64,000 nucleotides of DNA from Dysgonamonadaceae bacterium (GTDB taxonomy: Bacteria; Bacteroidota; Bacteroidia; Bacteroidales; Dysgonomonadaceae). The translations under genes and the position numbers were made by a program. Location of the stretch: positions 2,255-66,254 of the forward strand of contig DAITIG010000003.1 of assembly GCA_036837375.1 (NCBI GenBank), given 5' to 3'. Positions 42,176-51,717 of the stretch are shown here, piece by piece. The notes beneath the pieces were generated by a model. It saw only the letters and a program-made list of their open reading frames with translations. It did not search any database and was not told the DNA's origin. The number at the start of each line of letters is the position of its first letter. Positions within the stretch are counted from its first letter, which is position 1.

Positions 42176-42198
42176 GACGCAAAAGGGATCAGATAGTT
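42176..42198 (-). promoter_or_regulatory. Putative ECF-sigma promoter AAC-N16-CGTC
   Basis: Minus strand taAAC-tatctgatcccttttg-CGTC, ~50 nt upstream of the ATG at 42124. Confidence 0.5.
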
Positions 42199-42328
42199 TA
42201 ATGGCACACCTCTTTTTTTTTTACGTTTCATCAACAGCTGCCCTCTACGAAGTGATGTCTCAATGAAAAGATGGTTCCAGTCCCTAAACGCTGCGTTTGT
42301 TTTGGTTAAAAAAACGAAAAGAAACCCT

Positions 42329-43087
42329 TCAAAGGTCAATTTCCAAGCCATCATATGCCGGATAAACCCCATCGGGAAGCTCGTCAGCCATCTCGGCATG
42401 CAGTCCCATCTCATGACTGAAATGGGTGAGAAAGCTCCTGCGCGGCGCTATCCTCTCAATGATCTGCAATGACTCCGCCAGCGAGAGGTGAGAGATATGT
42501 TCTGTTTTACGAAGAGCGCTGATCACCAGCAGATCCAATCCCCTAAGCTTCTCAAACTCAGCCTCAGGGATACTTTTCACATCGGTGAGGTAGGCGAAGC
42601 TTCCTATTCGGAAGCCCAGGATCGGCAGCTTGTGATGCATGATCCTGATCGGGATGATCTCCAACGCTCCAATTTGGAAAGAATTACAGGGATCAATGCG
42701 TTGAACATGAATATCTGGGATGCCACCATACCGATTCTCTGAGAAGCAATAGGGAAGCCTGTTCCTCACCACTTTTTCCAGTTGCTCTTCCATAAAGAGC
42801 TCTACAGGGCCAAAACATGAATAGGGGCGCAGGTCGTCAATGCCACCGGTATGATCATAATGCTCATGGGTGAAGAGGATTCCGTTGATTTTCTTGAAAG
42901 GGATTGTGAGTGCCTGCTGGCGAAAGTCGGGGGTGCAATCGATCAGTAGCTGCTGCTCCCCTGTTGTAATCGCCACCGAGCAGCGCAATCTCCTGTCCCG
43001 TTCATCCGGCGATTGGCATACCGGGCAGTGACAGCCGATCTGTGGAATGCCGGTAGAGGTACCTGTACCCAAAAAACGTATCTTCAT
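42329..43087 (-). CDS. MBL-fold metallohydrolase (PhnP-like)
   Basis: FLGTGTSTGIP, CxCxxC, THEHYDH, YLTD and THFSH. Confidence 0.9.
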   Translation of the reverse strand: MKIRFLGTGTSTGIPQIGCHCPVCQSPDERDRRLRCSVAITTGEQQLLIDCTPDFRQQALTIPFKKINGILFTHEHYDHTGGIDDLRPYSCFGPVELFMEEQLEKVVRNRLPYCFSENRYGGIPDIHVQRIDPCNSFQIGALEIIPIRIMHHKLPILGFRIGSFAYLTDVKSIPEAEFEKLRGLDLLVISALRKTEHISHLSLAESLQIIERIAPRRSFLTHFSHEMGLHAEMADELPDGVYPAYDGLEIDL

Positions 43088-43186
43088 AGATTCACTATTC
43101 GAAAAAAGCTGCCACATTGCATACAACGGGCAGCTAATCGGTTTTTATTCGCATCACCTGGCGAGAGTGAAAAGATAATCTAACGA

Positions 43187-43699
43187 TTAATATTGCCTTT
43201 CGAGGATCCAGAGATCGTTGAAGGGTACACCGTAGGTTTTTCTCAGGTATTCGGTATTGCCTTTCGCAGCATACTGGTTGTAAATCTCTTCACGCTTGGC
43301 CGCTGCTTCTGCTTTGTCGTCGTAGCTGGCAATGATGACGCGGTACATCCCCTGTTCGTTCTCTGCCAGGATCACCTTATGTCCTTCGTTCTCCATGCGT
43401 GTTTTCAATGATTCTGCATTGAGCTTTACACTGAGAGAGGCGATCACCACACTGTATTTCTTCAACCCAGAAGCGTCAGTAGGATAAACCGGTTCAACTT
43501 TTTCCTTGCGTATGGAGACTTCCACGGGAGGCAGCGGGCTGGCATCCTTCACCACGGTGGTAGGCTGAGAGGCTGTCTGTTGCATCTCCTTCTCCTTGGC
43601 TGCTTCATATACCTCTTTGTATGCACTCTGTTTGGGTTTACAGGAGGTACCTGCAACCAGCAGGGTAGCTAAAATCAGTGCAAAATGGATCTTTTTCAT
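43187..43699 (-). CDS. SPOR-domain lipoprotein
   Basis: Lipobox GTS-C; KKYSVVIAS and GMYRVIIAS SPOR-like strands; -7 element at 43753-43760. Confidence 0.8.
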   Translation of the reverse strand: MKKIHFALILATLLVAGTSCKPKQSAYKEVYEAAKEKEMQQTASQPTTVVKDASPLPPVEVSIRKEKVEPVYPTDASGLKKYSVVIASLSVKLNAESLKTRMENEGHKVILAENEQGMYRVIIASYDDKAEAAAKREEIYNQYAAKGNTEYLRKTYGVPFNDLWILERQY

Positions 43700-43877
43700 C
43701 TGTGTGATATTGTTAAATTGTTATAATCGGTTATGAACTGCAATCATTTCTACAAAGATAGTAAAGAAGCGAATCCAAGTAGGTTTGCAGAAGTGAAATT
43801 TAATTAAAAAGGGATGGAACCTTACAACTTCCCCACCCCTTTATCCATTTTACCATCACAGCATCTGTAAGCAACTC

Positions 43878-44735
43878 TTATTTTATTTTCATCGGTAGTT
43901 GAATCTCTCCCAGGTCAACCACTACAGCCTCTTCCACACCGATGCCGGTGATAAGGGTATCCTCGCGGTTAGAGAGGCTGTCAGCAAATACTGTCAGGTT
44001 CCAACTCTTCTCTTCCAGTCCGGCAAAGAGGAAGAAACCGTTATCCTCAGGCAGTGAGATGAGCGTATCCTCCCCGCTCACGAGCTGTACATAATTGACC
44101 AAGTCTGCCGGCACCACGGTTCCCTTGATGCTGCCGCCATAAGCATCGGCATAGGTACGGATTACCGGTTTCAGGATGTATTTATTGTTGCCTGTTCTGA
44201 CAACCGAGCGGGAGGCATCGAAATCAATGACAAAGCTGTACATCATGTTGGGCTGCAACACATCATGCATGTTGAACTTCAGTCCGCTGGCCTGTTCCGA
44301 AGGGGTCTGGAGGCTGTACAGCTCTCCGTCGATCACCACGTTGCTTCCTTCTCCCAGGATCAGGCGTACCTGACTGATCTTACCCGCAGGGATATCACCT
44401 TCAGCCAGTAGTACGGTCTCACCGTTCCGGTAATCAAGCAGGTTGTAGAGACCCGGGTTGCTCACCTTCAGGTCAACCCACACCGCATCATCCCACTCAT
44501 CCAGGTAGGGGTCATCGGTATAGAAGTACTCCTCTGCCACCCCCACTTTTACGCCCTGGATGTCGATATTTACCTCATCATACTCCAATGCAGGGGCATC
44601 GGTCAGCTTCAGCTGAATTCTCGCTGTTTCTCCTTTAGACAGATGGTCATCCTCATTGTTGCAGGCTGTTACAAAAAAGAGGAACAGCAGGGAGAAGATC
44701 ATTGTTGAACCAATTGTGTAAAATCTTTTCTTCAT
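43878..44735 (-). CDS. DUF4382 lipoprotein
   Basis: Lipobox VTA-C with acidic export signal; LTDAP, YNLLD, TPSEQASGLK, IDFDASRS and YILKPVIR. Confidence 0.85.
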   Translation of the reverse strand: MKKRFYTIGSTMIFSLLFLFFVTACNNEDDHLSKGETARIQLKLTDAPALEYDEVNIDIQGVKVGVAEEYFYTDDPYLDEWDDAVWVDLKVSNPGLYNLLDYRNGETVLLAEGDIPAGKISQVRLILGEGSNVVIDGELYSLQTPSEQASGLKFNMHDVLQPNMMYSFVIDFDASRSVVRTGNNKYILKPVIRTYADAYGGSIKGTVVPADLVNYVQLVSGEDTLISLPEDNGFFLFAGLEEKSWNLTVFADSLSNREDTLITGIGVEEAVVVDLGEIQLPMKIK

Positions 44736-44811
44736 AGTGTTCTGTTCAAATTCATTTAGGAACTCGTTTGTTTGTTGTTTGTTTCAATGTGGAATCATTT
44801 TATGTCCATGT

Positions 44812-44835
44812 AACAAGCGAAACCTTCTGTTGGTT
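44812..44835 (-). promoter_or_regulatory. Putative alternative-sigma promoter AAC-N16-TTGTT
   Basis: Minus strand AAC-caacagaaggtttcgc-TTGTT upstream of the DUF4382 gene at 44735. Confidence 0.45.
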
Positions 44836-44912
44836 CAGCAGGGAGGATTAAGAAAGCGTAAGGAATCAGAATTTATTGAATCCGTCCAGGCCGCCGCATG
44901 GGTTGCAACGAT

Positions 44913-45722
44913 CTATTGCAGCTGCAACCGGATAGGTTTGGGGGTGATCTCGGTAATCCTGCCCTGCCGGATAGTGTCAGAGATGAAGATGGTGTCGCGG
45001 TAGCCTGACTCAGGGTTGGCAAGCAGATGAACCTTCCAGGGTCCTTCCTGCAGACCCGAGAAGAGAAACATCCCTTCGCTTCCCTCAGGAAGGGAGAAGA
45101 GTGAATCGGCCTCACGGGTGATCATCACTACCGGTGAAGCTTCCAATGGAGCCACATAGCCTCTCAGTGAACCGCCGTAGGTCTCGGGGAAAGCTCTGGC
45201 ACGCGGGTTGAGGTACCAGTTACCGTTCATTTCATACACCGAAAGGGCTGCATTGATATCGATCACGATGCTGATGATAACGTTGGCGGTGAGCACAGCA
45301 TTCACATCGTTGATAACCAGCTGATCCATGATATCGGGTGATTTCTGTAGCGGGATCGGCTGATCGGTAACGGTCACCATCCGGTTGTTGTCACCCAAGG
45401 TGAGACGAATCTTGTCGATCTTTTCTCCTGCGGGAAAATATTGATCGACGAGCTGCACCATCTTGCCATTCATCAGCTTGAGCAGGTTATACTCACCACC
45501 GGGGTAAGAGAGTGTCACCCACTCACCGGCATTACCTGCGCTGTCGATGGTCTGCACTTCAATCGTCACAATCTCGATATGCATTTCTTTCAACACCGGA
45601 GCAGCTGCATCGGTCAGTTTGATCCGCAAACGGGCGGCATTTTCGCTTGACTCCTCTTTTTCACAGGAGAGAAGGGTTATCAGACTGATCAACAAGGCAG
45701 GAAAAAGATACTTTCTGCACAT
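44913..45722 (-). CDS. DUF4382 lipoprotein (divergent paralog)
   Basis: Lipobox LLS-C; LTDAA, YNLLKL and YGGSLRG; -7 element at 45753-45760; start trimmed to MCRKYL. Confidence 0.8.
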   Translation of the reverse strand: MCRKYLFPALLISLITLLSCEKEESSENAARLRIKLTDAAAPVLKEMHIEIVTIEVQTIDSAGNAGEWVTLSYPGGEYNLLKLMNGKMVQLVDQYFPAGEKIDKIRLTLGDNNRMVTVTDQPIPLQKSPDIMDQLVINDVNAVLTANVIISIVIDINAALSVYEMNGNWYLNPRARAFPETYGGSLRGYVAPLEASPVVMITREADSLFSLPEGSEGMFLFSGLQEGPWKVHLLANPESGYRDTIFISDTIRQGRITEITPKPIRLQLQ

Positions 45723-45850
45723 AGCGTAACAGATTTGGATGTTTGACTGATGCAAAGATACACAAAAGAGTGCGAAAGTATACAAACAAAACACGCTCTG
45801 GTCTGTTATATTGCTTTCCGGGTAATTGAACCACAACAGAAACCGATGGA

Positions 45851-46459
45851 ATGAAAACAATCGACCGTTTGATCCTCCCCATGGCGTTGATGATGCTTTT
45901 CACCGCCTGCGGGCAGCAGAACAGAAAGCATTCTGCTGCCGAAACTGAAACACGAGAGCGACTAACAACGGCTGTTCCAACAACAGTTGAGCGGGAGAAG
46001 CAGGCACTGATCTACCACGAGAAGCTGATGGAGCATTTTGGAGCCGACTGGATGGAGCGGGAGTCGGATCCTGACCTCTACCCTCCCTATTACGGAGGTT
46101 CTTTCATCGATAACAGCGGCACCTTCGTCGTCGCTGTCACGGGTGATCCTGAAAGCAACAGACAACGGCTGGCGACCATCCTGGGAGGAGATGACTTCAA
46201 GGTGGAGAGGGTTATCTACTCTTATCGTCAGATGATGCAGGTGATGGACCTGATCGATGCCTTTCTGGTCGATAGCAGCGTGTTGGAGGATCATCCGGTG
46301 ATGGCTCATTTTGCAGGTGCCTATCCCGATGTGATGGAAAACAGAGTGAAAGTGATTCTGACAGAGGTGAACAGTGAGATCACCAACCGTTTCAGGCGAG
46401 ATATCTCAGATTCACCGCTGATACTCTTCGAGAAAGGAGAGATCCCGCAACTCTACTGA
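45851..46459 (+). CDS. Lipoprotein of unknown function resembling an S1 protease pro-region
   Basis: Lipobox FTA-C; YPPYYGGSFID, VIYSYRQM and DVMENRVKV; no catalytic protease domain. Confidence 0.7.
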   Translation: MKTIDRLILPMALMMLFTACGQQNRKHSAAETETRERLTTAVPTTVEREKQALIYHEKLMEHFGADWMERESDPDLYPPYYGGSFIDNSGTFVVAVTGDPESNRQRLATILGGDDFKVERVIYSYRQMMQVMDLIDAFLVDSSVLEDHPVMAHFAGAYPDVMENRVKVILTEVNSEITNRFRRDISDSPLILFEKGEIPQLY

Positions 46460-46495
46460 AAGGAAGAGAAAGTGAGGATATAAGAAACGTCCAGA

Positions 46496-49339
46496 TCAGC
46501 GTTGACAGAGGCAGGCGACCAGGTTCCTGTCGCCGTAAGCATTGTCAACCCGGGCTACATTTACCCAGAACTTGTTCTCAGCCACAAACGGGAGGGGGTA
46601 GATTGCCTTGCTCCGTGGGTAGGCATGTTTCCACTCGTCCGCTACAGCTTCATACTCCGGATGAGGTGCGTTGACCAGCACATTATCCTCCAGGCTGTAT
46701 TCACCGCGTGATACCTCGATGATCTCTTCATGTATCTGCTCCATCGCCGCCACAAAACGATCCAGCTCTGCCAGACTCTCGCTCTCAGTAGGCTCCACCA
46801 TCAGCGTACCATGTACCGGAAAAGAGACTGTCGGTGCATGATATCCGTAGTCGATCAATCGCTTGGCGATATCGGTCTCACTGATGCCGGAGACCTCTTT
46901 CAGCCCACGACACTCCAGGATCAGCTCATGACCTACCCTGCCCTCGGCACCCCGATAAACGATGCCGAATGAGTTGTTCAGCTTCTCCGCCAGGTAGTTG
47001 GCGTTGAGGATCGCTACCTCGGTAGCCTCCCGCAACCCGTCGGCACCCATCATGCGGATATAGCCGTAGGTGATGGGGAGAACACCGGCGCTGCCATAGG
47101 CAGCAGCCGATACGGTGTTGTTCTCAGTGGCGAGCGTCACCGGGTGTCCCGGAAGGAATGGCACCAGGTGATCCGCTACACAGATGGGTCCCACACCAGG
47201 ACCGCCCCCTCCATGAGGGATGGCAAAAGTCTTGTGCAGGTTGAGGTGGCAGACATCGGCACCGATGGTGCCTGGATTGGTGAACCCCACCTGTGCATTC
47301 ATGTTGGCACCATCCATGTACACCTGGCCGCCAGCTTCGTGAATCAGGCGGCACATCTCCCGGATCTCTGTTTCAAAGATGCCATGCGTGGAGGGATAGG
47401 TGATCATAAATGCGGCCAGCTCCTCCCGGTGTTGTGCCACCTTGTTGCGCAGGTCCTCCATGTCGACGTTACCCCGGTCATCACTGGCCACCGTCACTGG
47501 CCTGAACCCGGCCTGGACGGCGCTGGCAGGATTGGTGCCGTGGGCCGATGCCGGGATGAGCACCACCTTGCGTGCCCCTTCGCCGATGCTTTTCTGGTAA
47601 GCAGCAATGGTGATCAGTCCCGCATATTCACCGGCGGCACCCGAGTTGGGTTGCAGGCTGGTGGCCGCCAGGCCGGTGATTTCAGCCAGCATATCCTCCA
47701 GTTCATCAATCATCTCTCTGTATCCCTGAGCCTGTTCTTCCGGCACGAAGGGATGGATTCGCTGGAAAGCCGGGAGACCCAGTGGCAGGAGCTCCGAGGC
47801 AGCATTCAGCTTCATGGTGCAGGAGCCGAGTGAGATCATGGAGTGTGCCAATGAGATATCTTTCCGTTCCAGTCGCTTGATGTATCGCATCAGCTCAGTT
47901 TCCGTGTGGTAGCGTTGAAAGGTGGGGTGTGTCAGGAACTCACTTTTACGCAGTTGCTCCTCCCGCAGGGTGATCTTCTCTTTCAGGTCGTCGATCATGA
48001 AAACCTTGGAGCTGCCAGCAGCCATGGCAAAGAGAGCCAACAGTTCATGCACCCGGTAGTCGTTTGTGCTTTCATCGATGCTGAGGCCGACTCTTCCATC
48101 TCCGTAATAACGCAGGTTGATCTCCCTCATCTCGGCATGGTTGCGGATATCCTCCTCGGTGATGCTCTCCGGAAGGGCGATGGTGAGGGTATCGAAGAAG
48201 CTCTCGTTCAGCTGGCGATAACCCATTGCCAGCAATTCGTCGCTGACAAGTGATGCGAGTGAATGGATGCGTCGGGCAATTGCTTTCAGCCCCTCCGGTC
48301 CGTGGTAAACAGCATAGAAAGATGCCATGGTTGCCAGCAATGCCTGAGCAGTACAGATGTTGGAAGTGGCTTTCTCCCGTTTGATATGTTGCTCCCGTGT
48401 CTGCAGAGCCATGCGCAGTGCTTCCCTGCCGTGGGCATCTTTCGAGATACCGATGATGCGGCCCGGTATGGAACGTTTATACGCTTCGCGGGTGGCAAAA
48501 AAAGCGGCAGAGGGACCGCCGTAGAACATGGGGATGCCGAAGCGCTGGCTACTTCCAAAAGCGATGTCGGCACCCCACTCTCCCGGCGGTGTGAGCAGCA
48601 CCAGCGCCATCAGGTCGGTTGCCACAGCCACCTTGCAGTCGGCTGCGTGCGCTTTCTCCGTAAATGCACGATAATCCTCCACACTGCCGTTGCTGTTGGG
48701 ATACTGCACAATCGCACCGAAGCACGGTTTGTCGAAAGTGAAGCTTTTGTAATCTGACGTAACAACCTCTATACCTGCATGTTGCATTCTCGTGCGCAAC
48801 ACAGCAAGGGTTTGAGGAAAAATATTTTGATCAACGAAGAGGCTCTCCACATGCTGTTTCACCTGATCACGGTTGCGCAGACCATACATCATGGTGGCTG
48901 CCTCCGCCGCTGCAGTAGCCTCGTCGAGCAGTGAGCTGTTGGATAGAGGCAGTGCCGTCAGCTCACTCACCATTGTCTGGAAGTTCAGGAGCGCTTCCAG
49001 TCGCCCCTGTGAGATCTCTGCCTGGTAAGGTGTATAGGAGGTGTACCATACCGGGTTTTCAAAAACATTGCGATAGATGGGTGCCGGTGTGATGGTATCA
49101 TACCAGCCCATACCGATGTAGGAGGTATAGACCTTGTTACGGGCAGCAAAGCGTTCGATCTCCTCGGCATACTCCTGTTCTGTGAGCGCAGGAGGCAAAG
49201 AAAGGGGTGTATGTAGTCGTATGTCACGGGGGATGGTCTGATCGATCAGCTCATCCATGCTGTTCAGTTCCAGTGTTTCCAGCATCAGCTTTTTATCGGA
49301 TTCGCTGATGCCGATATGACGTTTTTTGAAATGTTCCAT
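46496..49339 (-). CDS. gcvP: Glycine dehydrogenase (decarboxylating), single-chain P protein
   Basis: YTPYQAEISQGRLE, ATSNICTAQ, LGSCTMKLN and HLNLHKTF (PLP Lys). Confidence 0.98.
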   Translation of the reverse strand: MEHFKKRHIGISESDKKLMLETLELNSMDELIDQTIPRDIRLHTPLSLPPALTEQEYAEEIERFAARNKVYTSYIGMGWYDTITPAPIYRNVFENPVWYTSYTPYQAEISQGRLEALLNFQTMVSELTALPLSNSSLLDEATAAAEAATMMYGLRNRDQVKQHVESLFVDQNIFPQTLAVLRTRMQHAGIEVVTSDYKSFTFDKPCFGAIVQYPNSNGSVEDYRAFTEKAHAADCKVAVATDLMALVLLTPPGEWGADIAFGSSQRFGIPMFYGGPSAAFFATREAYKRSIPGRIIGISKDAHGREALRMALQTREQHIKREKATSNICTAQALLATMASFYAVYHGPEGLKAIARRIHSLASLVSDELLAMGYRQLNESFFDTLTIALPESITEEDIRNHAEMREINLRYYGDGRVGLSIDESTNDYRVHELLALFAMAAGSSKVFMIDDLKEKITLREEQLRKSEFLTHPTFQRYHTETELMRYIKRLERKDISLAHSMISLGSCTMKLNAASELLPLGLPAFQRIHPFVPEEQAQGYREMIDELEDMLAEITGLAATSLQPNSGAAGEYAGLITIAAYQKSIGEGARKVVLIPASAHGTNPASAVQAGFRPVTVASDDRGNVDMEDLRNKVAQHREELAAFMITYPSTHGIFETEIREMCRLIHEAGGQVYMDGANMNAQVGFTNPGTIGADVCHLNLHKTFAIPHGGGGPGVGPICVADHLVPFLPGHPVTLATENNTVSAAAYGSAGVLPITYGYIRMMGADGLREATEVAILNANYLAEKLNNSFGIVYRGAEGRVGHELILECRGLKEVSGISETDIAKRLIDYGYHAPTVSFPVHGTLMVEPTESESLAELDRFVAAMEQIHEEIIEVSRGEYSLEDNVLVNAPHPEYEAVADEWKHAYPRSKAIYPLPFVAENKFWVNVARVDNAYGDRNLVACLCQR

Positions 49340-49352
49340 TGCTATATTTTGA

Positions 49353-50021
49353 TTAGTTGTTTCTTTCACTTTCATTCATGTTGACAAACGGATTGTGCCG
49401 TTTTTCAAACGCTATGGAGGTTGAGGGACCGTGACCGGGATAGACCACCGTCTCCCCTGGGAGGGTGTAGAGCTTATGTCGAATGCTGTTGATCAGCGTT
49501 TCATAATTGCCGCGTGGCAGATCGGTACGACCGATGCTGGAATAGAAAAGGGCATCACCACTGATCACGACAGCGGCTTCAGCCTCGTAGAAAGCGACAC
49601 TGCCGGGAGAGTGTCCTGGAACATGTATCACCTGCAGGCTGCTGTTTCCGAAAGTGATTCGCTCTCCCTCCTGCAGATATTCACCATTGATGGGTCGGAA
49701 ATCGCTATTGATGGTGGGGAATCCGAAAAGCTGCAGTTGTGAGGGGATATCTTCCAAAAGATAATCATCGTCGCGATGATAGCGAAGAGGAAGCCCAAAG
49801 CGGTTTGCAAGCAGGTTAACCCCGAAGATATGGTCGAAATGGAGATGGGTGTTGATCAGGTGCTTCACCACAAAGTCATGATCCAGAAGATAGTTAAGCA
49901 GCAACTCCTGTTCATCGGCATAATAACAAGCCGCATCGATGACCACACACTCTTTTGTCTCATCGGAGAGGATATAAGTATTGACTCTCAGGGGATTGAA
50001 TTCAAATGTTTTGATCTTCAT
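49353..50021 (-). CDS. MBL-fold metallohydrolase (glyoxalase II / YcbL-like)
   Basis: THLHFDH, PGHSPG, SGDALF, GRTDL and YPGHG. Confidence 0.92.
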   Translation of the reverse strand: MKIKTFEFNPLRVNTYILSDETKECVVIDAACYYADEQELLLNYLLDHDFVVKHLINTHLHFDHIFGVNLLANRFGLPLRYHRDDDYLLEDIPSQLQLFGFPTINSDFRPINGEYLQEGERITFGNSSLQVIHVPGHSPGSVAFYEAEAAVVISGDALFYSSIGRTDLPRGNYETLINSIRHKLYTLPGETVVYPGHGPSTSIAFEKRHNPFVNMNESERNN

Positions 50022-50051
50022 GCAAATCTCAATTATTGTTCATACGATTGT

Positions 50052-50675
50052 TCAGCCCAAAGGTACATAAACCAGCTTTTTTGTCTGGAAAAAGGGATCA
50101 CTGAAGTAGTTGCTGAGGGCAACCTCTTCGGCTACCTGCCGGAACGGATGCAATTCTGCAGTCAGCTCACCCCCTTTCAGACAGATGATGCCGTTGGGCA
50201 GTGCATTGATCTGTTCCTTTGCGATGTTCTTCCGGATGATACGGATCAGATCAGGCAGTGGCATCACTGCACGGCTCACCACAAAGTGAAATTTTCTTTT
50301 CTCCTCCTCGGCACGTGATTGGATCGCCTCCACGTTGGTCAGACCAATGGCCTCAGCTATTTCCCGTACAACCCGGATCTTCTTCCCGATGCTGTCGAGC
50401 AGGAGGAAGTGTGACTCAGGGAAGAGAATCGCCAGCGGGATGCCGGGAAATCCGCCTCCCGTACCCACATCCATGATGCGGGTACCATTGGCGAAAGTCA
50501 CATACCTGGCGATGGCCAGCGAGTGGAGCAGGTGATGCAGGTAGAGGTTGTCAATATCTTTGCGTGAGATCACATTGATCTTGTTGTTCCACTCTTTGTA
50601 GAGGTCGCCAACTGCTTCGAACTGCCTGATCTGCAGATCGGTAAGAGTTGGAAAATGGGTTAGGATCTCTTTCAC
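50052..50675 (-). CDS. rsmG: 16S rRNA m7G527 methyltransferase
   Basis: WNNKINVIS, DVGTGGGFPG, VSRAV and LKGG; GTG start overlapping the upstream stop. Confidence 0.96.
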   Translation of the reverse strand: MKEILTHFPTLTDLQIRQFEAVGDLYKEWNNKINVISRKDIDNLYLHHLLHSLAIARYVTFANGTRIMDVGTGGGFPGIPLAILFPESHFLLLDSIGKKIRVVREIAEAIGLTNVEAIQSRAEEEKRKFHFVVSRAVMPLPDLIRIIRKNIAKEQINALPNGIICLKGGELTAELHPFRQVAEEVALSNYFSDPFFQTKKLVYVPLG

Positions 50676-51574
50676 TTCTGGTCGGCCAGTTTGGATGCAA
50701 CACTTTGCTCTCTCAACAGGGATCGGATGGATCCGTAGGGAATCATGATCTCAGGTGCATCGAGTTGATATGCCGAATACTCACCTTTGTTAAAGGTATA
50801 GATGATCCCCTCGTCGTTGAGCAGGAAGTTTTTGTTTGGCAGTATTTCGTGGATACCAAAGAATCCCAGCTCTTCCAGCTCTTCAACGCGCTTCACTCCA
50901 TTCTGTTCGAGAAGCGACGCGATGATCAGGTTGCGCAATGCCGTATCATATCCTGCCTTGAAGAGATCACTCTCAATTACAGGAGCGCCCCGCTTCAGGT
51001 TAAAGACATGGTTGCGATAGAGCTGGTAAGAAGCAGCTCCTCCCTTGTTGTTCGACTGTCTCACCTGGAAGGAGATTAACCCATGACGGTTGTAGATGAT
51101 GGTATCTGAGATGCTTTCGTAATAGGAGTAGAAGCTGTCAGAAAGGGTATTTCCATTCTGGTCATGACCATGGATCTCCTCCACCTGCTCACCCGGTAGC
51201 GTTGCATTTTTGCGGTAGATGGCCGCATCATGGATGTAGTTCTCCACATAGTTCTTTACGTATGTCTCCACTGCGCTGGCTGGATCGAGACCTTCATATG
51301 CCTGTCCGAAGAATGCCGTTACGAAATACTGCTGCAGGGTGTCCAGGTTGGTCTCCTGACTGCTGACCGGATAGATAAACTCCAGACGGATATCACAGTA
51401 GGGACTGGCTGTATCGCCATCGAGGTGTTGTCGCGACTCAACCAGGATGGTGTCTAAAGTCAGACTGTTGGTTGCCCGGCTGGAGCTGCTTCCCCTCTCA
51501 CCGCAGGAGGTGATGAAGAACGCGGCAACAAGCAGCAGAGAGCAGAGCGGCAACAGTAAAAATCTTCTCTCCAT
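50672..51574 (-). CDS. DUF4163/DUF3298 (RsiV-like) lipoprotein
   Basis: Lipobox ITS-C; NKGGAAS, PNKNFLL and FNKGEYSAY; -7 element at 51599-51606. Confidence 0.78.
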   Translation of the reverse strand: MERRFLLLPLCSLLLVAAFFITSCGERGSSSSRATNSLTLDTILVESRQHLDGDTASPYCDIRLEFIYPVSSQETNLDTLQQYFVTAFFGQAYEGLDPASAVETYVKNYVENYIHDAAIYRKNATLPGEQVEEIHGHDQNGNTLSDSFYSYYESISDTIIYNRHGLISFQVRQSNNKGGAASYQLYRNHVFNLKRGAPVIESDLFKAGYDTALRNLIIASLLEQNGVKRVEELEELGFFGIHEILPNKNFLLNDEGIIYTFNKGEYSAYQLDAPEIMIPYGSIRSLLREQSVASKLADQK

Positions 51575-51661
51575 AAACAAAGCTGTTATATTCTATTGCA
51601 AAATTACACTTATTTATCGACATCAGACCATAATGCCAAGTGAAAATGAGCAGCCGAAATG

Positions 51662-51698
51662 AAAAAAGGGGGATGCAGAGAGAAGCACCCACCCTTTT
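51662..51698 (-). terminator. Probable terminator after cydB
   Basis: aaaaggg...gc / gc...ccctttt imperfect stem with T-tract. Confidence 0.55.
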
Positions 51699-51717
51699 GT
51701 TTCAGGATGCAAACAGC

